Virus record (IMG/VR): IMGVR_UViG_2716884754_000002
Coordinates: 2,917 to 66,916 of that record
DNA: 64,000 nt
Reading direction: 5' to 3' (one strand)
From: a virus
The notes under the pieces are model-generated. The model made no database searches. It saw only the letters and a list, made by a program, of their open reading frames with translations, and had not been told where the DNA came from. Position numbers and translations under genes: made by a program. Every line of letters starts with the position of its first letter. Positions within the stretch are counted from its first letter, which is position 1. Below, piece by piece: positions 1-11,300 of the stretch.

Positions 1-2
1 CT

Positions 3-746
3 GAGTATGTTGAAGAAGTAGATGAAGAAAGTGGAGAAATCGAAGCGTTTTGGGATGGATTTTTATTATATAAGTTAGGGTTTGAATATATTGAACAGGC
101 TTTTGAATATGTAACTGAAATTTTAGATGCACAAAAAGCAGGTGAAATACCTCACGATATAGTATTTTTATGGGATTCTATTGGTACTATACCTTGTAAA
201 ATGAGTTTTGAGGGTAAAGGGGGAAATCAACATACTGCTAGAGTAATATCGGAGAAATGGGGTATGGGTATGGCACAAAGAATTACCTCTTCCCGTAAAG
301 AGTCTTCACCTTATACTAATACAATGGTATTTGTTAACCAACCATGGGTTGAGTTAGCAGATAATCCATTTAGTCAACCTAGAATCCAACCCAAAGGGGG
401 GCAGTCTATTTACTTATCTTCTGCGTTAGTATTTTTATTTGGTAATCAGAAAAGTTCTGGTGTTTCTAAATTGAATGCAACCAATAAAGGTAGAAAAGTA
501 AATTTTGCGGTTAGAACTAAAGTAGGTATACATAAGAATCATATGAATGGTTTAGGGTATGCAGACTGTAGAATCTTAGCTACCACACATGGGTTTATTG
601 AAGATGATAAGAAATCAATAGATTCTTATAAATCTGAATATAAAGAATATTGGTCACATGTGTTTGATAGTGTAGGAGAAGAAGTAGATTTCACTATAGA
701 AGAAGGTGATCATATTGAGGCACCTGTTGAATATGCTGATAGATGA
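3..746 (+). CDS. recA: RecA/UvsX-like recombinase, 5'-truncated by the window edge
   Basis: The frame is open from position 3, upstream of the track's Met at 201. It contains a Walker B-like IVFLWDSIG, VFVNQ and PKGGQSIY, matching RecA-family motifs. Confidence 0.8.
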   Translation, partial: EYVEEVDEESGEIEAFWDGFLLYKLGFEYIEQAFEYVTEILDAQKAGEIPHDIVFLWDSIGTIPCKMSFEGKGGNQHTARVISEKWGMGMAQRITSSRKESSPYTNTMVFVNQPWVELADNPFSQPRIQPKGGQSIYLSSALVFLFGNQKSSGVSKLNATNKGRKVNFAVRTKVGIHKNHMNGLGYADCRILATTHGFIEDDKKSIDSYKSEYKEYWSHVFDSVGEEVDFTIEEGDHIEAPVEYADR

Positions 747-776
747 AAAATTGTTTAACTATAAGTAATATGTTAA

Positions 777-1820
777 GTGTCGAGACCATCTAAAAAAAAG
801 AAATACACTAATACCCTGTTAATCGATGGGGATTCATTATTAAAAACTGCTTATCACGGTGCAAAAAATCTTTATTATAAAGAAACACATATAGGTGGTA
901 TATATCAATTTCTTACTATGTTAAGAAAATGTTTAAATGAACATCGATATGATAGGGTGTTTGTATTTTGGGACGGTATATTCAGTGGTAGATTAAGATA
1001 TGATATCTATAAAGAATATAAATCAAATAGAGATAAGGATTTTTATAACGAACAACCACCCTCCGAACCCGACTTATACGTTCAAAAAGAACGTGTTATG
1101 GGTTATTGTGAAGAATTGTTTATTAGACAGTTTATTGATGAAGTAATAGAGGCAGATGATAGTATTGCATATTACTGTTCTCAAATTAAAGAAGATGAGA
1201 AAGTAGTTATAATGACTAATGATAGAGACATTCTACAACTCATTAATGAAAGAGTGGGTGTATACGTTATAAATTTAAAAACTATTGTGACAAGTACTAA
1301 TTTCGCCAATTATTTCAAACATCATTATAGTAATGTTAAATTGTTAAAAATTATTTCAGGAGATGCTAGTGATAATATAAAAGGGATTAAAGGTGTTAGC
1401 GAAAAAACACTATTAAAATATTTTCCGGAAATATCTTCCAAAACTTTGACATTGGATGAAATTTTTAGTAAAATTGAAAGTATACAAAAAGAAAGAAAAA
1501 CTAGATTGAAAACATTAGATAATATAATTAATAAAGTGACTTTAGGTATACAGGGGGAGAGTATATTTGAAATCAACGAAAAAATTATAAATCTAAAAAA
1601 ACCTTTGTTAACAGAATCTTCTAAAGAAAGTCTAGATGAGTTATTTGTTTCACCTATTGATCCTGAAGATAGGAATACAAAAAATGTAATTAAGATGATG
1701 TTAGAAGATGGGTTAACAATGGCAATACCAGGGGGTAGAGATGGGTATATAAATTTTCTACAACCTTTTTTAAGAATAATAAAAAAAGAACAAAGTTATT
1801 ACAACAAAATTAAAAATTAA
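777..1820 (+). CDS. 5'-3' exonuclease / flap endonuclease (Pol I N-terminal domain, T5 D15 or T4 RNase H family)
   Basis: LLIDGDS, VFWDG, YKSNR, EADD, TNDRDILQ and GDASDNIKGIKGVSEKT (H3TH) motifs. Confidence 0.92.
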   Translation: MSRPSKKKKYTNTLLIDGDSLLKTAYHGAKNLYYKETHIGGIYQFLTMLRKCLNEHRYDRVFVFWDGIFSGRLRYDIYKEYKSNRDKDFYNEQPPSEPDLYVQKERVMGYCEELFIRQFIDEVIEADDSIAYYCSQIKEDEKVVIMTNDRDILQLINERVGVYVINLKTIVTSTNFANYFKHHYSNVKLLKIISGDASDNIKGIKGVSEKTLLKYFPEISSKTLTLDEIFSKIESIQKERKTRLKTLDNIINKVTLGIQGESIFEINEKIINLKKPLLTESSKESLDELFVSPIDPEDRNTKNVIKMMLEDGLTMAIPGGRDGYINFLQPFLRIIKKEQSYYNKIKN

Positions 1821-1831
1821 AAGTAGAAGTT

Positions 1832-2293
1832 ATGAAAAAGAATTATGAAAATCTTCCTTATGAATTTTTATTACTAATTAATGGCAAACCTATTGTTGGT
1901 AGAAATTTTCAAGTTAAAGGTTTTAATGTAGATAGTTTAAGATCGATAGAATTAAAAGAAACTATAGATGAGGCAGCAGCGGTTATTGAAAACCAATTTC
2001 AATTAAAAAGTGAAGCCTATTTATGGAGATATTATAACCCATATTTATCTCAAACTAGCGAAGAAGTTGATGGTTTAAAAAAAGATGTTTATGAAAATGA
2101 AGACTTTTTTACATTACAAATTAAAGTTAAGGGAAGAGTAGTAGCACAAAAGATTTTTAGTGGAAATGACTACCCACCAAAGGTAAGATATGACGTTGAT
2201 ATCAGATCAATTATTCCTGAAATCATTGCCACAATACAAAATGGCTTGACTTTGAAAAAATATACTAAAGAATATTGTGGTTACACACTTTAG
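1832..2293 (+). CDS. hypothetical protein
   Basis: 153-aa ORF tightly packed in the replication operon. Confidence 0.75.
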   Translation: MKKNYENLPYEFLLLINGKPIVGRNFQVKGFNVDSLRSIELKETIDEAAAVIENQFQLKSEAYLWRYYNPYLSQTSEEVDGLKKDVYENEDFFTLQIKVKGRVVAQKIFSGNDYPPKVRYDVDIRSIIPEIIATIQNGLTLKKYTKEYCGYTL

Positions 2294-2296
2294 TGT

Positions 2297-2304
2297 ATAT
2301 TTAT
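2297..2304 (+). promoter_or_regulatory. ATATTTAT motif (putative phage promoter)
   Basis: Exact 8-mer upstream of the helicase gene; recurs before 14 genes. Confidence 0.5.
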
Positions 2305-2317
2305 TAATATATCAAAA

Positions 2318-3721
2318 TTGATAAAAAGAATGACTAAAGAAAAAGAAAAAAATTTAGGTTATTTAGGATGGAGTTTTCAAGTAAAGTTAGTCAAACAATT
2401 AATTGAAGATACTAAGTTTTCTGAAGAAATTATGGATATTATCGATGCAAAGTATTTCGATAATGAGTACCTTAGATTAATTGTGGCTTGTCTTAAAAAT
2501 TATTATGAAAGTTACGATACTATACCTACATATGACACTATATTTCAATTAATAAGGGTAGATATTAAAAGAGAAATTGCGAGAGACTCAGCAATTGAAA
2601 TGGTTAAGGAGGTTAAAAATGTTGACAATAAAGATTGTCTACACACACAAGAAGTTGCCACTAAATTTTGTAAACAACAAGAACTTAAAAAAGCTACAAA
2701 TAAAATACAAAATATTTTAGAAGCAGGTGATTTTGACAGATATGATGAGTGTGAAGATATTTTAAAAGAAGCATTATCAGTAGGTGGGGAAAAAGACAAT
2801 GGTATTGATGTTTTTCACGCAATTGATGAAGTACTTAGTGATGATTTTAGAAATCCAGTTCCAACAGGATTGGTTGGGATAGATAACTTAATGGATGGTG
2901 GACTATCTAAAGGTGAATTAGGGGTTATTTTAGCACCTTTTGGTGTTGGTAAAACAACATTAATTACCAGAATGGCAAATACTGCATATAACTTAGGATA
3001 TAATGTAGTACAAATCTTTTTTGAAGATAATCCAAAGGTTATTCAAAGAAAACATATGACATGTTGGACAGAAATACCTTTAAATGAATTAACTGAAAGA
3101 AAAGAAGAAGTCAAAGAATTATTACCACAATTTAGAGAAAGAGAGGGTAATCTTATTTTGAAAAAAATGCCAAGTGATGGTACTACTATTAATCATATAA
3201 AACAATATTTAAGAAAATTAACTTCTAATGGTACTAAACCAGATATTGTTTTTGTTGATTATATGGATTGCGTTGTACCAACTAAACAATTTAAAGATGA
3301 ATATGCAGGTGAAGGAAATGTTATGAGACAATTCGAAACTATGATTTCAGAATTAGATATTGTTGGTTGGACTGCAGTACAAGGAAACAGAAGTTCAATA
3401 GGGGCAGATGTTGTAAAAGCAGATATGATAGGTGGGTCAATTAAAAAAGGACAAATTGGACATTTCATAATATCTGTAGCAAAAACTTTAGAACAAAAAG
3501 AAGAAGGTACTGCCACAATGGCAATATTAAAATCTAGATTCGGTAAAGATGGGATGATTTTCGAAGATATTTTATTCGATAATGGATCATTAAAAATTGA
3601 TACTAGTATATCTAGTGACGTTTCATTCTTAGAACACCAAAGAGGTGAAGAGAAAAGAAAGTCTCAGATGGTAACGGAAGCATTACGTAAGAAAAGAGAG
3701 ACATTCGGGGGAAATAAATAA
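2318..3721 (+). CDS. dnaB: DnaB-like replicative helicase (likely start ATG 2330)
   Basis: Walker A LAPFGVGKT, Walker B IVFVDYMD, WTAVQGNR and KSRFG motifs. Confidence 0.92.
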   Translation: MIKRMTKEKEKNLGYLGWSFQVKLVKQLIEDTKFSEEIMDIIDAKYFDNEYLRLIVACLKNYYESYDTIPTYDTIFQLIRVDIKREIARDSAIEMVKEVKNVDNKDCLHTQEVATKFCKQQELKKATNKIQNILEAGDFDRYDECEDILKEALSVGGEKDNGIDVFHAIDEVLSDDFRNPVPTGLVGIDNLMDGGLSKGELGVILAPFGVGKTTLITRMANTAYNLGYNVVQIFFEDNPKVIQRKHMTCWTEIPLNELTERKEEVKELLPQFREREGNLILKKMPSDGTTINHIKQYLRKLTSNGTKPDIVFVDYMDCVVPTKQFKDEYAGEGNVMRQFETMISELDIVGWTAVQGNRSSIGADVVKADMIGGSIKKGQIGHFIISVAKTLEQKEEGTATMAILKSRFGKDGMIFEDILFDNGSLKIDTSISSDVSFLEHQRGEEKRKSQMVTEALRKKRETFGGNK

Positions 3722-3747
3722 TAATAAAAAAAAGAACTAGTAAAAAA

Positions 3748-5607
3748 ATGGAGTTATCAAGCAAAATTTTATCTGATATTACTGTGTATATGAAATATGC
3801 TAAGTACTTACCAGAGTTGAATAGAAGAGAAACGTGGAACGAATTAGTTACCCGTAACAAAGAAATGCATCAGAAAAAATATCCTCATATTGCGGATAAA
3901 ATTGATGATGTGTATAAATTTGTTTATGAGAAAAAAGTATTACCCTCAATGAGGAGTATGCAATTTGGGGGAAAACCAATAGACATATCACCTAATAGAA
4001 TTTATAATTGTGCATATATGCCAATTGATCATATTGATTCATTTAGTGAATGTATGTTTTTATTGTTAGGGGGGACTGGAGTTGGTTATTCAGTACAAAA
4101 ACATCATGTAGAAAAATTACCACCAGTTAATAAACCATATAGTAAAAGAACTAAAAGATTTTTAATTGGGGACTCTATTGAGGGTTGGGCTGACTCTATT
4201 AAAGTTTTAATGAAGTCTTATCTTAATGGTAAAAGTTCTAGAATAGTGTTTGATTATTCAGATATAAGACCAAAAGGTGCGAGATTAGTTACTTCAGGTG
4301 GTAAAGCACCGGGACCTCAACCATTAAAAGAATGTATTGTTAAAATAACTGGTATTTTAGACTCTAAGGAAGACGGTGATCAATTAACTACTTTAGAAGT
4401 ACATGATATTGTTTGTCATATTGCAGATGCAGTATTGGCGGGTGGTATAAGACGAGCAGCATTAATTAGTTTATTTTCTGCTGATGATATGGAAATGATT
4501 GGTTGTAAATCTGGTAATTGGTGGGAAACTGAACCACAAAGAGGTAGAGCCAATAATTCAGCGGTTTTAATGAGACATAAGATTACTAAGAAGTTTTTCT
4601 TAAAATTATGGAAGAGGGTTGAATTAAGTGGTTCTGGAGAACCAGGAATATACTTAAACAATGATAAAGATTGGGGAACTAATCCTTGTTGTGAAATTGC
4701 CTTAAGACCTTATCAGTTCTGTAATTTATGTGAGGTTAATGTGTCAAACATTGAATCACAAGAAGATTTAAATGAAAGAGTAAAGGCGGCAGCATTTATT
4801 GGTACACTACAAGCAGGGTATACTAATTTTCATTATTTAAGAGATATTTGGCAAGAAACTACAGAAAAAGAGGCATTGATAGGTGTTAGTATGACAGGTA
4901 TTGGTAGTGGTAGAGTATTAGGGTACGATATGGAAGAAGCAGCCAAATTAGTTAAGAAAGAAAATTCTAAAGTATCTAAACTTATTGGTATTAATAAGTC
5001 GGCTAGGACAACTACTGTTAAACCTGCAGGTACTACGTCTCTTACATTAGGAACATCTTCAGGTATTCATGCGTGGCATAACGACTTCTATATTAGGAGA
5101 GTAAGAGTAGGTAAGAATGAGTCTATTTATAATTATTTAAATACACATCATTCTGAATTATTGGAGGATGATTATTTTAGACCACATGATACCGCAGTAA
5201 TTTCAATACCCCAAAAAGCACCAAAAGGTTCTATTTTGAGAACAGAATCTCCATTTGATTTATTAGAAAGAGTTAAAAAAGTAGCAACTGAATGGGTGAG
5301 AGCGGGACATAATAAAGGTTCAAATAGTCATAATGTATCTGCCACTATTTCCCTTAAAGATGAAGATTGGGAATTAGCAGGTGAATGGATGTGGGAAAAC
5401 AGAGAACATTATAATGGTTTATCGGTTTTACCTTACAATGGTGGTACATACGTACAAGCTCCATTTGAAGACTGTACAGAAGCAGATTATGAAAGAATGA
5501 TGAAAACCCTAACTGAGATTGATTTATCTAATGTAATCGAAGAAAAAGATGAAACAAATCTAAGTGGAGAACTAGCTTGTGCAGGTGGTGCATGTGAAAT
5601 CACATAA
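3748..5607 (+). CDS. nrdJ: class II (adenosylcobalamin-dependent) ribonucleotide reductase
   Basis: PSMR, YNCAY, GGTGVG, TNPCCEI active-site motif, FCNLCE, TTVKPAGT and C-terminal CAGGAC redox pair. No class I beta subunit is adjacent. Confidence 0.9.
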   Translation: MELSSKILSDITVYMKYAKYLPELNRRETWNELVTRNKEMHQKKYPHIADKIDDVYKFVYEKKVLPSMRSMQFGGKPIDISPNRIYNCAYMPIDHIDSFSECMFLLLGGTGVGYSVQKHHVEKLPPVNKPYSKRTKRFLIGDSIEGWADSIKVLMKSYLNGKSSRIVFDYSDIRPKGARLVTSGGKAPGPQPLKECIVKITGILDSKEDGDQLTTLEVHDIVCHIADAVLAGGIRRAALISLFSADDMEMIGCKSGNWWETEPQRGRANNSAVLMRHKITKKFFLKLWKRVELSGSGEPGIYLNNDKDWGTNPCCEIALRPYQFCNLCEVNVSNIESQEDLNERVKAAAFIGTLQAGYTNFHYLRDIWQETTEKEALIGVSMTGIGSGRVLGYDMEEAAKLVKKENSKVSKLIGINKSARTTTVKPAGTTSLTLGTSSGIHAWHNDFYIRRVRVGKNESIYNYLNTHHSELLEDDYFRPHDTAVISIPQKAPKGSILRTESPFDLLERVKKVATEWVRAGHNKGSNSHNVSATISLKDEDWELAGEWMWENREHYNGLSVLPYNGGTYVQAPFEDCTEADYERMMKTLTEIDLSNVIEEKDETNLSGELACAGGACEIT

Positions 5608-5629
5608 ATTAAACTACATAATATAAATT

Positions 5630-5658
5630 AAGGTGTCTTTTTAGACACCTTTTTTTTT
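5630..5658 (+). terminator. intrinsic terminator
   Basis: AAGGTGTCT-TTTT-AGACACCTT hairpin followed by a T run, just after nrdJ. Confidence 0.85.
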
Positions 5659-5692
5659 ATATAACCTTTTCTTTTAAAAAATTTATTGTAGA

Positions 5693-5700
5693 ATATTTAT
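5693..5700 (+). promoter_or_regulatory. ATATTTAT motif (putative late promoter)
   Basis: Exact 8-mer after the terminator, ending 6 nt before the first baseplate ATG. Confidence 0.6.
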
Positions 5701-5706
5701 ATACAT

Positions 5707-6090
5707 ATGGCAGATGTAAGATATATAAATATTGATTTCCCTTTTAGGAATAGTGAAAAAGGATTTTATTTTAAATTAAATAAAACAGATAAAGAAGCAA
5801 TAAAGGCAGATTTACTTCATTTATTATTAACTAATAAGGGAGAAAGATTATATATGCCTGATTTCGGTAGTGATTTAAAAAAGTTTATATTCCAACCCAA
5901 TGATAATATCACACATAGTGAAATTAGAGATAATCTAAATGAGACAATAAAAAGATATATTCCTAATTTAGTGGTGGATAGTATAGAATTTAAAAAAAAT
6001 GACGTTGAAGAAGTAATAATAGTAGAATTAAAATATACAGTAGTAGAAGGAACATTTTCATCTTCTGATGTATTACAAATAACACTTTAA
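5707..6090 (+). CDS. baseplate wedge protein, T4 gp25 / GPW-like
   Basis: LLLTNKGERLYMPDFGSDL motif and 127-aa size are typical of the gp25-like family. Confidence 0.88.
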   Translation: MADVRYINIDFPFRNSEKGFYFKLNKTDKEAIKADLLHLLLTNKGERLYMPDFGSDLKKFIFQPNDNITHSEIRDNLNETIKRYIPNLVVDSIEFKKNDVEEVIIVELKYTVVEGTFSSSDVLQITL

Positions 6091-6092
6091 CT

Positions 6093-7916
6093 ATGGAAAA
6101 GAAAATTAATTATAATAGTAGAAATTTTGCACAAGTACGGGCAGAATTAATTGCGTTTATACAACAATATTACCCAGAAGTATTCTCTGATTTTAATGAT
6201 GCATCGGTGGGTATGATGTTATTAGAATTAAATGCTGCGGTGGGAGATATGTTATCTTTCCATACAGATAGAATGTTTAATGAGACACAAATTAATTATA
6301 CACAGGAAAGGTCATCAGTCTTAGAATTAGCTAGAACTTTTGGTGTTAACATACCTGGTAAAAGACCTAGTATCACTATGGTAAATTTCTCTGTTGTAGT
6401 ACCTGTTGATAGAAATGATGGGGATAAAGCAGATTATAGTTATGCACCTTTATTATTAAAAGGGACACAAGTAAGTGGTGGTGGAAAAATATTTGAATTG
6501 GCAGACGATTTAGATTTCTCTTCACGTTTTAGTAGTAGTGGTATACCTAATATCACAGTAGTACCAAATGAAAATGCTAGTGGGGGTATAGATAATTATA
6601 CACTAACAAAAAGGGCACTTGTTTTAAATGGTATAACTAAAGAATATAAAAGAGTAATTGCTAGAGAAGATTATAAACCATTTTTTGAAATAATATTACC
6701 AGAAGAAAATGTTATTTCTATAGAAAATATTATCACATTAGAGGGTACTAATTTAACCACACCACCAACACTTAAAGATTATACTACGTTTGATAATAAT
6801 TATTACGAAGTATCTGCATTAGCCGAAGCGGAAAAGTTTATTGAAGATCCTAATGTACCAAGTACTACTGAAGGTATTAAAGCAGGAAGATGGAAAAATA
6901 TACCACAAAGATTTATAAAAGAATATACAGATAATGGTTTCTGTAAAATTATTTTTGGTGGTGGCGAAATTGATACTTCAGAATTAAATGATTTTATTGG
7001 ATGTAGGGGGCAAATTGATCAGATTGGTGATTTTGTTAATAATAATTCATTGGGTACTATACCAGAACCTGGAAGAACAATGTATGTAAAATATAGAGTA
7101 GGTGGTGGTGCAGATAGTAATGTTGGACCTAATGTACTTAAAAGTTTAGGTGAGGTGTTTATGGTAACTCCGGGAGAAGACCCAGCAATTAATCTAAATA
7201 TAAGAAATAGTTTAACAGTAAATAATGTATTACCTGCAATTGGTGGAAAAGAGCAACCTTCAATAAATGAAATAAGAAATTTAGTTAAATATAATTTTTC
7301 ATCACAAAATCGATGTGTTACTATCAAAGATTACCTTTCTAGAATTAGTTTAATGCCTGGGAAGTTTGGTGTACCTTTTAGAACAGGTGTGTGGGAACAA
7401 AGAAATAAAGTTAATATAACTATTTTAGCGTTGGATGGAGATTCCAAACTTACGAATACGTCTACAAGTACACTTAAAGAAAATATTTCTGAATATTTGG
7501 CAGATTATAGAATGTTAAATGATTATGTCACCGTAAAGGACGGTAGAATTATTAATTTATCTTTTGAAATATCTCTTTTTACCGATAAATCAACATCTAA
7601 AGGTGAGATTATGTCAGATGTTATTGAGAAAGTTGATGAATATTTTGATATTAATAAGTGGGAGATGGGTGAAAATGTTTATTTAGCACAATTAATTGAA
7701 AATATTAACAATGTAGGTGGTGTTTTAAATGTTACTGACTTAAAAATATTCAATAAAGTAGGTGGGAAATATTCATTAAATGAAATCTCTCAACCTTATA
7801 TAGATGATGCAACTAAACAAATAGACATATCGGATGATTATACCTTATTTGGTGAACCAGATGCTATGTTTGAGGTTAAATTCCCAAATAAAGACATTAA
7901 AGTAAGATTTAAATAG
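6093..7916 (+). CDS. baseplate wedge protein, T4 gp6 / baseplate J-like
   Basis: FSDFNDASVGMMLLEL, QERSSVL, IIFGGG, YRVGGG and QNRCVTIKDY motifs; follows the gp25-like gene. Confidence 0.85.
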   Translation: MEKKINYNSRNFAQVRAELIAFIQQYYPEVFSDFNDASVGMMLLELNAAVGDMLSFHTDRMFNETQINYTQERSSVLELARTFGVNIPGKRPSITMVNFSVVVPVDRNDGDKADYSYAPLLLKGTQVSGGGKIFELADDLDFSSRFSSSGIPNITVVPNENASGGIDNYTLTKRALVLNGITKEYKRVIAREDYKPFFEIILPEENVISIENIITLEGTNLTTPPTLKDYTTFDNNYYEVSALAEAEKFIEDPNVPSTTEGIKAGRWKNIPQRFIKEYTDNGFCKIIFGGGEIDTSELNDFIGCRGQIDQIGDFVNNNSLGTIPEPGRTMYVKYRVGGGADSNVGPNVLKSLGEVFMVTPGEDPAINLNIRNSLTVNNVLPAIGGKEQPSINEIRNLVKYNFSSQNRCVTIKDYLSRISLMPGKFGVPFRTGVWEQRNKVNITILALDGDSKLTNTSTSTLKENISEYLADYRMLNDYVTVKDGRIINLSFEISLFTDKSTSKGEIMSDVIEKVDEYFDINKWEMGENVYLAQLIENINNVGGVLNVTDLKIFNKVGGKYSLNEISQPYIDDATKQIDISDDYTLFGEPDAMFEVKFPNKDIKVRFK

Positions 7917-7962
7917 TTACTTTTTACTATATGTGAATTAGTTTTAAAAAAAAATAGAAATT

Positions 7963-8376
7963 ATGGGATGTGATACATGTAAACAAAAAAATAGTAAAAA
8001 TTTAGGAGAAGGTGAAACAATTAATTTATTACCTTCAGAAATAATTAAAGGAGATTTTAGTATTTCTGGGATTTTAATTAAATTTATTGCTTTTGTAGTA
8101 ATATTAATTGCTATACCCCCAATTATATTGATATTGGCGGTACAATTATTCTTACAATTCTTTTTCCCTAAATCTTTAATTAAATTAACTAAAAAACTTA
8201 ACAGTGTAGTAAGTAATATTTTTACTAAGTATAGTAGTTTTATTGTAAATAGAAAAATTAAAAAAAGAGAAAAACAATTTCAAAACAATACTAAGTATGA
8301 AGTAGAGAATTATGTTAATGAGACTGGCCAAGAATTCGAATTTGAGGTTTATGAAAATAATGAAAAAGAGAAATAA
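7963..8376 (+). CDS. small membrane protein with N-terminal CxxC
   Basis: MGCDTC start and a long hydrophobic segment (ILIKFIAFVVILIAIPPIILILAVQLFLQFFF). Confidence 0.7.
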   Translation: MGCDTCKQKNSKNLGEGETINLLPSEIIKGDFSISGILIKFIAFVVILIAIPPIILILAVQLFLQFFFPKSLIKLTKKLNSVVSNIFTKYSSFIVNRKIKKREKQFQNNTKYEVENYVNETGQEFEFEVYENNEKEK

Positions 8377-8384
8377 GGATAAAT

Positions 8385-11300
8385 ATGTCGAAATCTATTC
8401 GAATAAGAACAACACCAAATGGAGACGATAAATACATTAAGGTTGAACTTAAACAAGATTTCGATCTACTCGAAATATTAAGTTTAAAGATAAAACAATC
8501 TGATGTTTATGGTAATTTCTGTTCAGGATATGGGGTTGTTGCGGGTAGAGTAATAATAAATAATGGATTTGGTGTTCCTAATGTAAAAGTTTCCATTTTC
8601 ATTCCTAGAGATTCTGATGATAGTCTTTTAGAAAAATTATATCCATATACTAGTCCGACTCCCGATCAAAAAAATATTAATGGTATTAGATATAATTTAT
8701 TACCTGATACCCAACAGACATTCGATCATACACCTGTAGGTACATTTCCTACTAAAATGTCTATTTTAGATGATAAAACTAATTTAGAATTGTATGAAAA
8801 ATATTATAAATTTACCACAACTACAAACGAAGCCGGAGATTTTATTTTATTTGGTGTCCCTACAGGTAATCAAATACTTCATTATGATATGGATGTTAGT
8901 GACATTGGTTTTATATCGGCAAGACCTTTTGAATTAGTGGAACAGGGTTACTCTAAAGAATTATTTGAATCTCCTTTTAAATTTAAATCTAGTACAAATT
9001 TAGATAGTTTAACACAGATAGTAAGCCAAAATATACCAGTATTGGTTCAACCTTTTTGGTGTGATAGTTTAAGTACGGGAAGAGTTATTGGTATTACTAG
9101 AGAAGATATTAGTATCGATAGTATGGAACTTATCCCAACGGCAATGTTTTTTGGGAGTGTATTTAGTGATGATGAAAAAGATTCAATAAATAAAAATTGT
9201 AGACCTAGAAAAAAATTAGGTAAAATGAGTGAAGTTATTACTTCTTCAGGAAATATAGAAGCAATTTATAGAACAATAGATGGGGATATAGACAAATATG
9301 AAGTAGGACAAGATGTTATCGATGATAATGGTAACTGGGCAATACAGTTACCAATGAATTTAAGAAAAGTTGTAACAGATGAGTTCGGTAATTTAATTCC
9401 TAGTCCTGATGGTATAAAGGGTATTGCAACAGAAGCAGATTTTAGATTTAGAATCAGTATGGATGCAACTAGTGAAGATAAAAGACTTAGACAACGAGCT
9501 AAGTTTTTAGTACCTAATCTTACGGGTAATTATAATTTCGACATTTATGATGCACCTGAATTAACTTCAGATTACCCTTTTAAAATTAATGAACAATTAT
9601 CTACCCTTACTCAAAACACACCGTATTCTGCAGACACAACTAACCAATACAATTATTTAGAAGAATTTTATACTTTCCGATGGAAAAAAGTTTACACAAT
9701 TAAACAATTTATTGGTAGATATCAGTCAGTTAAAAGTGATGAAAGTAGGGCATTTACTGGTGTTAAAGATATTTTATCAGGTGAAGCGGTTAATAAATTC
9801 CCTACGAATAGAATAGATGTAAATGTTAATTTTTTATATACTATTATTTGTATACTTTTAAGTTTTTTCGCACAAATTGTAGGAATTATAAATGGTATTT
9901 TAAATATAATAAATGGATTAGTAACTGCCATATGTAATTTTAAAATACCTTTTGGTCTGTGCTCAACTTCATATAAAGGCCCACGATTAAAATTAAAATT
10001 TAAGACATGGAAAGGTGATGGGGGGTCAGGTTGGAATTCAGATGGTGATAAAAAAGGTGATTATAGTGATGTTTTAGATCCTGATACAATAAGTGGTGGT
10101 GATGTTGAGGTTTCACTGGGATTAAATGCTTCTTGTAATGATTTAGAAGAGTTATTAGAAGATTACCCCGCAGAAACATGGCAAAATATGGCGCCTAATG
10201 AAAGTCCTAACGCAATTGAGACTTCTCCTGGGGTTAATATTCCAGGAAGATTCCCTGAGAATTTTTGTGGTGGTAGTACTAATTGTAGTTGCCCAAACGG
10301 TATGCCTAGTTCAGGTAAATATTGTTATAATTATGGTGGTTGTCAACCTGGTGGTGCATCTGTAGGGTCAACTGGTTGTAGAAGATGGCAACTTGATAAT
10401 GGTGACATGGAAGGTGCGTGTAACGCAGTAAAAAAAGGTACTAATCAGACAATTAAAGATAATTGTGATGGTCTTAAACTTTTAGGTAGATGTTGGCAAC
10501 TTAAAAATAAATGCTTATTTGCAGGTGGTTTATGTAAAAAATGTGATGATATTTGTGACTCTACCGCCCCTAAACATAGTTGTTGTCCTCCCTCTTATGC
10601 TGAAGGATGTCCTAGTAATGATGCCGTTTGTGGTGGTACAGGAGACTGTTGTTCAAAATGTTGTGGTAAAATACCATTAATTAAATTAAGGTGTCCTGAA
10701 GAACTTAATTTCCCTCCATTAACTATATCTACAATTCCAACACCTTTTGCTAGTGATGTGTGTAATTCGGTTTATGTTGCACCAGGTGGGTGTATTTCTT
10801 GTGCGGGTATAGAAACCGCAGGAATCAGAGATTGGGTTGCTTGTAAATTAGAAAAATTAGCTGCAATTCTTAATATGGTTAAATTTGATTTTTATAATGA
10901 TTGGGTAAGTGGTACATTATATTTCCCTCTAATAAAAAGAAAATATAAAGTTAAGAAAAATAAAAAAGGAAGGGGACAAATAAAAAAGGATAAATTTTGT
11001 GATTTTGACTGTAGACCAGATTATCAAGAGCCACAGACATATAAAAAATATAGATATAAAATTAAGAATAATACATTATTCCAAAATGAGACTATATCAG
11101 TTAATGGTTGTTCAGTAACATTTAAGGCGAGTTATAGGTATGTAACACAGTGGTATGGGACATATGGGCAAGACCCTGTAGCTGCACAAGCAGCCGCAAA
11201 TCTTGCTGCTAGAGATGAATTAGTATTTCATGGGGTTGATAGTAATTTAAATGCATGTACCTTAAAATTTAGTGATTCTGCGGTAAGTCAGGCAATAACT

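Noticed and set aside
2318-5607. Inteins or group I introns in the helicase or RNR
   Set aside because: Both have normal lengths and uninterrupted motifs; no splice-junction or homing-endonuclease signatures.
5693-5701. Reading the motif as a T4 late promoter (TATAAATA) on the opposite strand
   Set aside because: TATTTATA is the reverse complement of TATAAATA, but the element consistently points towards genes on its own strand, including the minus-strand case, and no antisense genes match.
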